A stretch of DNA of 64,000 nucleotides from the NCBI GenBank assembly GCA_977016875.1, contig CDRNST010000003.1:620001-684000 (forward strand), written 5' to 3'. The notes beneath the pieces are model-generated. The model saw nothing but the letters and a program-made list of their open reading frames with translations, was not told where the DNA came from and searched no databases. Shown here one piece after another: positions 1-10,136 of this stretch; position 1 is the first letter of the stretch, and every line of letters begins with the position of its first letter. The position numbers were made by a program, and so were the translations under genes. Origin of the DNA: Pavona decussata (taxonomy: Eukaryota).

Positions 1-2
1 TG

Positions 3-143
3 GATGCTGTTCCATTTTCCGAACGTCAATGGGGACATTGGTTGGCAAGAAATGCAATCAATACAAAATCAAAATTGGGACTTGGGGTTCCAAAAAACGT
101 CAAAAGCCGTCGGGTAAAGAGGAAAACTGGCAAGAAGAATTAG
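3..143 (+). CDS. C-terminal part (5'-partial) of a Polinton PLA2X-like ORF
   Basis: Frame 3 reads DAVPFSERQWGHWLARNAINTKSKLGLGVPKNVKSRRVKRKTGKKN* (TAG 141-143). This resembles the C-terminus (...K-x-KLGLG) of the phospholipase-A2-like ORF found next to Polinton integrases. The catalytic part is outside the window. Confidence 0.65.
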   Translation, partial: DAVPFSERQWGHWLARNAINTKSKLGLGVPKNVKSRRVKRKTGKKN

Positions 144-1156
144 CTAATGAGCTGCATAAATCCATAAGACGTAACTTTACTCGGGGGCGTGTTATTGTAA
201 ATAATATTGATGAAATATGGGCTGCTGACCTTGTTGAAATGCAACAATTCAGTAAATGGAATAAAGGTAATAGGTATCTTCTCATGACTATAGATGTTTT
301 CAGTAAATACGGTTGGATTGTTCCATTAAAAGATAAAAAAGGTGAGACCATAACTAAAGCATTTCAAAGCATATTCAAAGAGGGTCGAAAACCAAAGTAT
401 CTGTGGACTGATAAAGGCTCAGAGTTCTACAACAAACATTTCAAAGACTTGCTCAATAAACATAACATTACACTGTATTCGACTGAAAATGAAGAAAAGT
501 CATCAGTGGTGGAAAGGTGGAACCGGACGATTAAAAATAAAATGTGGAAACGATTCACTGCCCAAGGCAATACAATGTATCTGGATATTTTGCCTAAAAT
601 ATTGAAGCAGTATAATAACACTAAACACAGTTCAATAAAAATGACACCGACAAAAGCATCTAAGAAAAAGAATGAAGGAACTGTTTACTTCAATCTTTAT
701 GGCAATTTGAAGCAATTGTCATCCCAAGCAAAATTCCAAGTTGGTGAAAAGGTTAGAATATCAAAGTATAAAAGAAAGCTGTTTGATCGAGGTTATACAG
801 AAAACTGGACAGAAGAGGTCTTCATTATCGATAAAATTCAATACACGAATCCAATCACATACAAACTGAAAGATCTCAATAATGAAGAGATTAAAGGGAG
901 CTTTTATGAACCAGAATTATTGAAAGCTAAACAGGAGATATTCAGAATCAATAAAGTTATCAGGAGAGATTACAAGAAGAAACAAGCTTTGCTAAATTGG
1001 AAAGGATACAATGATGCCTTTAATTCTTGGATCCCAATCAAGGATTTAGTCGATTTAGTCGATGTAAAAATAAATAAGCTCATTTCACGGCCTCACGAAT
1101 ATTCGATAGCGAGTCGATCCAATAAAAAAATCTATTGTTGTGTGCAAGATAAATGA
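29..1156 (+). CDS. Polinton retroviral-type (rve/DDE) integrase with C-terminal chromodomain
   Basis: Motifs LANELHK, IWAADL (D), IDVFSKY, LWTDKGSEF (D), VVERWNRTIK (E), YNNTKHSSIKMTP, VRISK...GYTENWTEE, and chromodomain-like LLNWKGY...NSWIP. The true start is uncertain (see findings). Confidence 0.95.
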   Translation: MGTLVGKKCNQYKIKIGTWGSKKRQKPSGKEENWQEELANELHKSIRRNFTRGRVIVNNIDEIWAADLVEMQQFSKWNKGNRYLLMTIDVFSKYGWIVPLKDKKGETITKAFQSIFKEGRKPKYLWTDKGSEFYNKHFKDLLNKHNITLYSTENEEKSSVVERWNRTIKNKMWKRFTAQGNTMYLDILPKILKQYNNTKHSSIKMTPTKASKKKNEGTVYFNLYGNLKQLSSQAKFQVGEKVRISKYKRKLFDRGYTENWTEEVFIIDKIQYTNPITYKLKDLNNEEIKGSFYEPELLKAKQEIFRINKVIRRDYKKKQALLNWKGYNDAFNSWIPIKDLVDLVDVKINKLISRPHEYSIASRSNKKIYCCVQDK

Positions 1157-1405
1157 TATTCTTACCTCAAAAAGCGTCTACAAACATCAGAACGATGAAA
1201 GTGGAAAAATAAATGTGCAATATATCCCAAAACATGAACGATAAACATGAAAACACAAGCTCTTCACAAAATGGCGACAAAATGGCCGACACGTGTATTA
1301 ACAAACTAGTGTCCAGTCCCCTTTGGGTTGTGTCATCGTGTACTTGCATGAAAACGCATGCGTGTTAATCCAAATCAAGCAATATTACGCAATATACAGA
1401 AAAAT

Positions 1406-1448
1406 AGCACCACAAGTGTAAAAATTTCAGAACTGAGTGTAATATATA
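1406..1448 (+). promoter_or_regulatory. Putative type-3 (U6/7SK-like) RNA Pol III promoter: PSE + TATA
   Basis: GCACCACAAGTGTAAAAAT (1407-1425) resembles the metazoan snRNA PSE. TATATA lies at 1443-1448. Spacing of -66 and -30 places both on a start near 1473. Confidence 0.6.
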
Positions 1449-1471
1449 GGTAATCGGGCCATTGTTATATT

Positions 1472-1779
1472 AGTTCACAAACTCTGGTGAAGCTTTAGGG
1501 TGGTGTCAGTTGGCCCCTGACTGAAACCTGTTTAACGGCTTGTGCAGATGGTGAATTACTGAGTAGTGTGGGATGTCTTCCAGTAGACGGTACCTCCAGG
1601 GTGAGCCCGCTCAGGCCCTACTGGTTTACAGCGGGGTGCTCAGAGTTCGTCCCAGGACTCAACCTCGGTCCCAGAGGTAAACTGGGAAGGGACAGCCGCA
1701 TTTGTCCAGCGGCGGGAAAAAGACCTGGCTGGGGCCAGGCAAGTAAACAGCCAACCGAGCACCCCACGTCTAGGGTTTT
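1472..1779 (+). ncRNA. Putative ~305-nt structured Pol III RNA encoded in the Polinton terminal region (family unknown)
   Basis: GC-rich island with nested helices 1471-78/1551-58, 1506-10/1520-24, 1580-86/1618-24, 1633-41/1757-65, 1662-66/1674-78, 1695-99/1709-13 and 1724-29/1734-39. No internal T4 run; the first TTTT is at 1776-1779. Confidence 0.6.
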
Positions 1780-1978
1780 GTCCATTTTCATGACAAGTCA
1801 CACAACGTCACGCGTGACAGTAACGACACCCAGTCACACAACAACCATAATGATTATTTTTTTCGCCAAATTGGTGTTCAAAAATATTGTATTCATCATT
1901 CAAATCAGCGATTGATGAGTTGGTTGGATTTAATCGATGATTGTTTGTGAGTTGGGGATCAGTTTGGTGTCATTTATG

Positions 1979-2059
1979 AAAAACCTAAATTTAGGTTTTT
2001 GAGAAACCGAGGATAAAAATTTAGGTTTTTAGGTTTTTAGGTTTTTGAGTTTAGGGTTG
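1979..2059. repeat. Subterminal TTTAGGTT repeats and AAAACCTAAATTTAGGTTTT palindrome of the Polinton end
   Basis: Directly visible: about five tttagg(tt) units. Confidence 0.75.
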
Positions 2060-4681
2060 AATTCAAAGGCTGAAATAGTATTTTATGTAGTTATTGGGGT
2101 GAGATAATGTGTGGTTAATGGCGTCTCCGTTGCAGGAGTTAGGGAAAATATTGGATTTAAAAGGATTTGTATGGGATTTTTTATCATTTTTTGAAAAGTG
2201 AGCTGATACCCTCAAACATCTAACTACTTACACTGTGATAGACTTACAATATTCTCTAGATTTGAGACGCATTAAGATTTCAGATTATCCAAATCGAACC
2301 TTTATGTTGTTGATAATATTTTTCCTCCATTAAACTATCAGGTAGCCTTCAGTTTGCTTCCTGTTTCTGCATATGTCTGTCAAGTTTTGTGGAAGAATCT
2401 CCTCAGGAATGTCCCGCAAAATACAGTGATCTTATTTTCAAGGTACTATAAATTTATTGAATTACGTTTTAAAAATGGTAAGCACCAACACATATCTCTA
2501 TCGATAATGTTTTCTTTTTTTTTGAAAATTCCGACGACCCTTTTACAGGCAGACACAATTCGCAACTTTAAAATCAGCCTTTATGGTAGCTCGGCCTCTT
2601 AAAGTTGCAAAAGAAATAGGTAAAGCTAATTTAATATTTCTCAGCTCATCTGACAACTGAAATTCAAATCAAGCGAAATAAGATGACGACCTTTGTAGCT
2701 CTGTTGACACAGTGTCTTAATCGTTATGGTTGAATTTGTGGTTAACTCGGCGAAGATTCATCGATTAGCTGCTTGAGGTTCTTCTTTATTTATTTGAATT
2801 TATTTCCCCGGCACACTGTGAATTTTTTAGTCTCTCTGTATACCTTATCGACTGGAATAAGGAGAACATGCATTTTTTACAATATATTTTTCACTCTAAT
2901 TACTCACCATTTTACTTCCTGATTGTTTAACTGATTCAAAAGAGTGCTTTAGCGATCTTCAGTAGAGTTTGACCGGTTGCTCTCTGTTGGTCCAAACATT
3001 CCAGTAAACTTCCAACCGCTTCAAACCATATGGAGACAGAAAGACCCAGCGCGACGGCATCTGTCAAAGAAAAAGCAAACAAAGTATCATTAGGTAATGC
3101 CGAAAGAGAAAGACGGATTTTTTTTATATCATGTATAATTATGTTTATCTGTGAGTCGTATTCCTGTCGGTTTGTACACGCACATGGCTAAGAGTATTTG
3201 GAACACAGTTTAATTTCTTGCCAGTGGTGAGCAATGCGTGACTGGGCCCCGATTCTGTGCTGTCGACTGGAGGTTTCTGTGCTACGTACGTATACAGTAA
3301 ACGTTTTTCATACTTTGTTTCACAATTTTTCGGGAAGTAGACTTCCCTTAAACTTGCTTGATATACTTAAATTAGGCTGAGGCCAATCATGGCTTACGCA
3401 GCGTACAAATCATTGCGTCACTGGCTTACTGTATATATGACCTAGTAAGAGTTCGAAAATACAGCATTTTACGCTTAAATCCGCAATGATTCTGTTGTGA
3501 GAAACAGCCCGGATCGAGTTCCACACACAATTCTGTAAGATGAAGCAGTTCGCCAATGATATGTGAGAGTTACATGATCCTGAATTGGCGAATATCAGGT
3601 AGCATTTTTGCGGCGAAAATGTGAAACGAACCCTTACCTCTAAATGACCTCCGAATTGTTCCTTCTAGTCATGATGTAAACCCCTGATAATATTCATTCC
3701 TCGTGAGTAAGAGTTGGTCGATGACCTACGCTTCGAATAGTTCAATAATTATTTATGACTCTTGTTTCGTGTTCCCACCAGTTTGCATTGATATCCATTA
3801 TCTTCAGTTGTTCCAACTGACATCCGCTGTGACAAACGTTCATGTGATATTTGTTCTCCATATCCAATGAACTGCATCATTTTCGTTTCTATGTGTTTTA
3901 TTTCTTAAACAAACGAAATGTAATTTTGACCACTACTTTGATGACAAACTTATATCAAATGGGAAGTGTGTTTAGCCAGAACGACAATCATCTAGTTTTC
4001 ATCATAGCGTGTTGTTTTCTTTCGATAAAAGAACTCTCTTATGACAACAGCGTATGTACGAACGAGCTTTCGTAACAAAACCTCCCAAACAAATGTGCAT
4101 GGACAAACAGTTAAACATTCCCAGCAATTTGGCGAATCAATTTTTGTTGGCAAAAGATCTGATTTATTAATAGCGCAGAATACACAGAGAATATGAATAG
4201 TCCCTTGTCCGATTGCGAAGCGAATATTGTCGCTTGATATCTTGCCTAGTATTAACTATTTTTTGTTTTGCTTTTGACGTTGCGAGAGGATCTGATCATG
4301 AGCCGAATAACGTGTTAATTTTATAATGAATACAGCGCTTCTTAATTATCTGCTACCAAAATATTACGTCCATAAAATCGGATTCCAAACAGTGGTTTGA
4401 TAAGTCTTACTTGCAAGCATGTACTGCATTTTTGGCCTTCTTCCTATCAAACATTTTAAATCGAATCTTGCCCAATCCCGCCATCATTTTGAAACAAAGA
4501 GAATAAGTCGAATAACAGTGAACATTTTTGTGTAAACTTTAATCGGAAGTGATTTTTCATTCCCGAGGCAACTACTCTGGATAGGACCTTATTAAACAAA
4601 TGTAAATCATTCCCATGCACTGCTTTCATCCTCGTATTCACAATGTTTGGCCAGTTTCTGCAGGCGTGTGATGGAAGTTGT

Positions 4682-5273
4682 TTATGGTCTATCCAGCGAT
4701 TGAGTTAGCGGCGATAAACGCCTGTCTAGCAATCGGAGCGTTTTTCCTGGGTTTAAAGAGTTCCGATAGGGAGTCCATAGCTTTCTGGTAATCCTTCGCT
4801 TCGCCTCTTGCGGTGGCAGGAATCGAGTCATTAAAAACATCTCTGACTTTGGGCCCGGCGAGGTGCAGTATAGTAGTGCAGTTTGTGTAGGGTCGCTGAT
4901 TCCCGAGGCAGTCACATACAGTTAAAATTCGTCCTTCCAAGTTAAACATCGTTGTGCAAGTGTAGCTGGTCCGCCGACAGCGTCGAACGCAGGCAACCCC
5001 GGCAATCCGCTCAAACTTACTGCCTTCTGTGCGAGTTTTCCGTCCGTTTAAACTCGTAAACCACTGCAGCAGCCGTCTGGCGATTCAACTTTCCGTTTTC
5101 CTCGTCGCCAAATGTGGTGGATAGGCCATAAAGACTGGAGGAAGTCCGATTACAATTCAAACCATGTTTAATGGCTTCTCAACATCTTGACCACATGCTC
5201 TATATTCTTCTCACATACCATAATATTTAGTGAGTAACGCGGGAATAATTGACTTCCGGTTAAATACACTACA
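4682..5273 (-). mobile_element. Gypsy/Ty3 LTR retrotransposon 5' remnant: LTR + PBS + degraded gag
   Basis: LTR 5273->5113 (TGTAGT...CCACA, 161 bp) followed by PBS TGGCGACGAG (5110->5101). Frameshifted gag pieces: TLAQR..WKDEF.LYVTASGISDPTQ and LHLAGPKVRDVF...KDYQKAMDSLSELFKPRKN. Confidence 0.85.
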
Positions 5274-5519
5274 TCAGCCTAAAAAGTAAGGCTATTTTAA
5301 CAAGTTTTTCACAGTGAATTTTTCTGAAAATTGGCCCACTGTTAAGATTTGTACTCCAAAAAATCTTAGGGAGAATTATACGTGGACAACTGCAATAAAT
5401 GGCAAAAACGAAAATTGCAGAAATTGGCCAAACGTATGTACGGAATTCTTTTTGACTTAACGTGGATATACTTTGGAGTTTCTCTCTTCTTTACACAAAA
5501 AATAGCGAAATTTTTCTAA

Positions 5520-5627
<108 letters not shown>

Positions 5628-7493
5628 TAATAGGTTCCCTCCTCTCCCTCCCCAACATTTCAACCAGCCCTTCTGGACAGCCCTTACTAAAGCTACCTGC
5701 TAATAATGTGCTGTTATATGACACAAACATTCAGCTGTTTTCTGATTCCAACATGGGAAGGGGGAAACCAAAGGCCGTTGGCTTCACTGTGTATTCCAGT
5801 CAGAAACCAGCCTTGTAAAGTAGTGTACAAAATGCAATGGAATGTGTAGCCTATATTTTTCTGTGGTTTCCCACAGGACCTTGTCAGTTCGCTGTAATGT
5901 TCTGAGCCGAGAGAAGGAATTTGGTTGGGGTGGGGGACGGGGGATTTTGCGCGTGGTCTCCACATGACGTTCTTTGGTTCTTATCTTCTGTGAAACTAGA
6001 AACTTTACCCTAGAAGTTGAATTTATTATGTAAGAGTTCCTCTGTCTTTCAGAGTAGGTAACTCGAGCACTAAAAATTGTCATTTCTTGAGAATACCAAA
6101 AGTGTGCAGGCAAAGAAAACGTGTTCTTAAGGTTGTTGTCGGAGTAAATGTAAAAAGATGTTCTTTTGTTACCCCTAAAACCTAAAACAAGCGATAACAG
6201 TCAGTAGTGAGGAAATTTCTTTCTTTCTTTTTTTGTTTTTGTTTTGAAGACGCAGGAAACTCTGGAGAATTTTCTTCTACTCTGTGGAACCCGGTTGACA
6301 AAGTTAATTACAAATATCCCAAAGTATGCAGTTATTTGTGAAAGTGAAGCTCCAAAAGGCTTCTTTTAAGTTGTCATAAAATGAAGTCATGTGCATTTCT
6401 CTGTTGTATACCGGGTTACTAGACCAGCTTTTCTTTGTTTGCAGACGTCTCATTTCACTATCAAATCTGAATATTGCCCTTTTAAAGTGTGAATAAGTAC
6501 ATATAATAATTTAGATTTATATTATGAACATGAAAAGGCTTTTTAACTCACCTTAGCGGAAGGAAACAATAGTATACATGTAGATGGCCTGAATTTATTA
6601 GGAGACTTCAATTGTAATATTTGCCCCCCACAGTTCTGAACTCCCTGTTCCATGTTTGGTTGATTGAAAACTATTCCGTTGCTTCTGATTGCTGAAAGCA
6701 GAAGCCAAGAACGAAAACTAAAAGAGAAAAGTCATAAAGGCCTGGGGAATTTTTTAAAAAGGAACCTATTGCTGTACAGTAAATATGTCTCTATTCGTTG
6801 TTGGTGTTCGTGTTTGTGAAAGTGTACGTAGATTAGTTAACAGTGTAGATTTAAGTATGTGATAGAGAGGCTTAGTCTCTTCCTCCCTTCAAATGATTGT
6901 GTTCTCCCCTCCCCCCTAAAAAAAGACTTGTTTGTTCAGAAATTAGCTTGCAGAGGTATCCTGCAATCTTCAACATATTGTATATTGACTCAAAGGAAAA
7001 ACCAAAACACCACAGATCTTAATTTTTGTGACATGCAAGATTGTATGTGTCATGACATGTTCGTTTGTCTGTTTGTATGTATGATTTAGACTGCCTTGGT
7101 AGATCTAGTGGCTATTCCAGAATGTGAACAAAGAAAACTTTCGGATGTACTTTGAGAAGTATAACGAAAACTTCCCGAATTAGTGATTACTACACTTGAT
7201 AGCAGAGTAACTATGTAGAGCTTTAAGCCGGAGCTGTCATATCAAGTTTTATGTCAAAATAAACTATTACGCAATAGTTGGTGTACAGTCACAAAATGTG
7301 TCGTCTTTTGCGTCCTTAACTTAAGTGTTGGTGTGAGGGAAAACGCTGGTAAGCAAACTGAATGGTTGGGTGTTTATTTACCCAGCTACCAGAGGTTATC
7401 TGTCTTCTTCTTTTTTTTTAAAGAAAAAACCCATTTTGTCATTTTATGTAAGTGTCACTTTATTTAGCGCAGTATACTTACTGGGACACTCTC

Positions 7494-7685
7494 CAGATCG
7501 AATTGGAATTTGGAAATGTTGGTGTGTGAGGAGTGGGGTAAACCGGACTACCCAGGGAAAAATCTCTTGGAGCAAGAACGAAAACCAGCAACAAACTCAA
7601 CCCACATGACGCCGATTCGGGGAATCGAACCCGGGTCGCATTTGTTGGAGGTGAATGTTTTCACCACCCAAGCCATCCCTGCTCC
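7494..7685 (-). mobile_element. tRNA-derived SINE
   Basis: Minus strand begins GGAGCAGGGATGGCTTGGGTGG (A box) ... GGTTCGATTCC (B box), followed by a non-tRNA body. No intact cloverleaf. Confidence 0.8.
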
Positions 7686-7853
7686 TTACGCTCTTGTCCT
7701 CAAACGACTCAATTCTGTTTGAGGAGAAAGGAGAAAGAGGACGTCTGGGACCCACGAGACATCGACCGCGAAGCGAGTATTTTGTTTACGTCACGACTGG
7801 CTAAATAAACGCCTGGTTATGCAGGCTGGATTAGCCATAGACAGACAACACAT

Positions 7854-8180
7854 AATGAACGATACGAGTTCAGATTTGATGATTTTGAATAATTCAAAAT
7901 AAAACGTTTTATCCTCACCTAACTGGCTCTTCCTTTGTCCTGCTCACTTTTTGGAGTCAATTTTGTAGCATTTCCGTGCGAAAATTGCATAAAATAGTGG
8001 CTATTTACAAGCGGTCATTTCCGAGCGACCGCTTTTGTAAATAACCACTATTTTGCGCAATTTTCGCACTGAAATCCAGCAAAATTGACTCCAAAAAGTG
8101 AGCAGGAAAAATGAAGAGGAAGTTAGACGATTTATTTTCAATGATTCAGGTTCATCAAGTATGATCCCGTATCGCTCATT
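7854..8180. repeat. ~325-bp imperfect palindrome (foldback/MITE-like)
   Basis: Arms such as cctgctcactttttggagtcaattttg / caaaattgactccaaaaagtgagcagg and aatgaacgatacg / cgtatcgctcatt; centre ~8017. Confidence 0.85.
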
Positions 8181-8344
8181 TTTGTGACAAAAGTTGCATG
8201 AATCATTGCCCACTGTAACATGCCCTAAAATGAACAAGTCTCGCAATTTTTTTGTCTCCGCAATCGTTGCGAGAAGTAGAAGTTGGTTCTGACTTGGTGC
8301 AACGGTGACCGACAAAAACATTACGGGACGCGTTCATTTTAGGT

Positions 8345-8487
8345 TGATTTAGCAACAGAACGGGAACGGCAGTTGACAACGGCGCTCGCATCAAAAATGC
8401 CCATATATAGTCGAAATAGACTCGCGTCCAGACTATTCCGCGAGCTCTCGCGTCCTCAAATGACGTTCCCGTTCTGTTGCTAAATCA
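8345..8487. mobile_element. MITE with 24-bp perfect TIRs, apparently nested in an older repeat (~8210-8566)
   Basis: TGATTTAGCAACAGAACGGGAACG ... CGTTCCCGTTCTGTTGCTAAATCA. Confidence 0.75.
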
Positions 8488-9740
8488 GCGACGTTTTGTG
8501 TGTCTTGTGGTGCAAAGGCGCAAGGAAATTACGAGGCAAGTCGCAAAGTAATTGCCTAATGTAACACGACGTTTAAGGGTACATGTTTTGCGTCATTTTT
8601 AAATTTAGCGCCACGCAATCTCACAACTAAAGGAAGACGAGCTTCTTGTCTGAGACTTGGGACCGAGCGCGAGGCGATCCCGCGATCCCGATCACTTCCA
8701 CCAGTGACGTCATTTTCTGCCGCGCGCCAAGGAGCACTTTTGACGCGGCTGTAATCCAGCGTATTTTGTTAACCTTTGTCCCGTAATGAAACACTGGAAA
8801 TTAAGATGATTTCTTTTCTCACTTATAAACAATAGTGACGTTATTACAGCACTATCAATCCTCACAAAGGTAACGACTGATAGGATATTTGCCACACCAA
8901 ATTAAAAGTGCCGCATCAAACTAAGTCAGACGTCGCTCTTTTATTTGCTGGCCTGTATCAGAGGCTTTTGGCCAAGCGCAAAGCGCGCGACATCGATGGG
9001 CGAGGCATGATACGCATGCGCGGAGCCCTTTGCTAAATAAACGTCTGTAATGCAGGATACTCTTTTGCCGGACTTAATTGATCAGTTAGGCTTGTCACAT
9101 GAATGTGTAGTATAGTAGCGTCCGAATCAGGACTTACTGGATGAATGGAAATCTGCCACTTTTATAAACCAATCATTTTTTTCACTTACGACAGAAATAG
9201 TACGTCCAGTCAGGAGCGGAAGCGCGGTCATGATGCATGCAACATTTGGTTCAACATGCGTTCAGCACTTTGTTGAGCTGAATGTTGGAAGCGTTTGAAC
9301 AGGTCATCCAACATTAATGAAAGCCCGTAAAAATGTTGAAAGCGGCTTGTAGAAAGCGTGTTGAATCAATTTCAGAAATCAGTTTTAACTTTCATTCAAC
9401 ATCCATAAAACATTTCCTTTGTTCTAGATTGGTGTTGAAGCCGTCTGAACACTCCATTCAAGATTTGGCCAACATTTGCCCAACATCCGTTCAACTTTTG
9501 TTGAAGATTAGGGATTTCAGTAATTTCTTCTCTCCTCTGTTGGAAAAAAAACATTGACAGCAATTTGGTGATGTTTCTAGGCTTTATTATTTAACTGATA
9601 TGAGACTGAACTTCAAACCTATGTGCATGACTTCCTCAGAATTAGCACTGCAGTGTTCTACATATTTCTAGTTATTTTCTACAGCTTTCTTTAAAAGACT
9701 TCTTTTAAAAGAAAAGTCCAGTTGATCACGTGTCATGTGT

Positions 9741-10104
9741 TTACTGCTGAGCTTTTGGCACTTCTTCAATGAAGATCCGGGACATTGTACCCCAGCCTGT
9801 GACTGCGTCAGCACTCTTTCGACCAGTTGTACACTTTCCAACCCAGAATCCCACTCGGACCTTTCTCTTGTGAATGTTATTACAGTGTCCTTCAATGTGG
9901 CGGTGACGGTGAAGACTGTGCCTCCTTCCATGCAACATGTAGAATGCACCATCAATAGACCCAGGAGAGCTACACTCGGCGCCATTGAACTTGAAATACC
10001 AGCGGCTACAACAGTCGTCGCAGTGGGCAACCCTGAGGTCACCGGCAAAGTAGACATGGAGGGCAGTTTCTGTGTACTTCTTCAGAAATTCACAGCGCTG
10101 TTAC

Positions 10105-10136
<32 letters not shown>

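Larger units (their letters stand above)
1..2228 (+). mobile_element. Right end of a Polinton/Maverick (adintovirus-like) element
   Basis: Contains a Polinton-type integrase and ends in ...TAACTACT at 2228, the reverse complement of the canonical AGTAGT terminus. The sequence after 2228 (tacactgtgatagactt...) matches the uninterrupted paralogous host site at ~25232. The left end is outside the window. Confidence 0.9.

Noticed and set aside
1558-1584. Resemblance to HCV IRES domain IIId (GAGTAGTGTGGG)
   Set aside because: The loop-E partner strand (GAA) is missing and no convincing downstream ORF follows.
1472-1779. Identity as 7SK, RNase P/MRP, 7SL, telomerase RNA or a hammerhead retrozyme
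   Set aside because: No GAUC repeats, P4 CR-I/CR-V pair, SRP motifs, CUAACCCU template or CUGANGA/GAAA core were found by eye; needs an Rfam check.
1568-1915. 115-aa ORF over the structured region
   Set aside because: Non-ATG start and no recognisable motif; likely a GC-rich by-product.
1979-2059. Telomeric array
   Set aside because: Units are TTTAGGTT rather than tandem TTAGGG, and they lie within the Polinton end.
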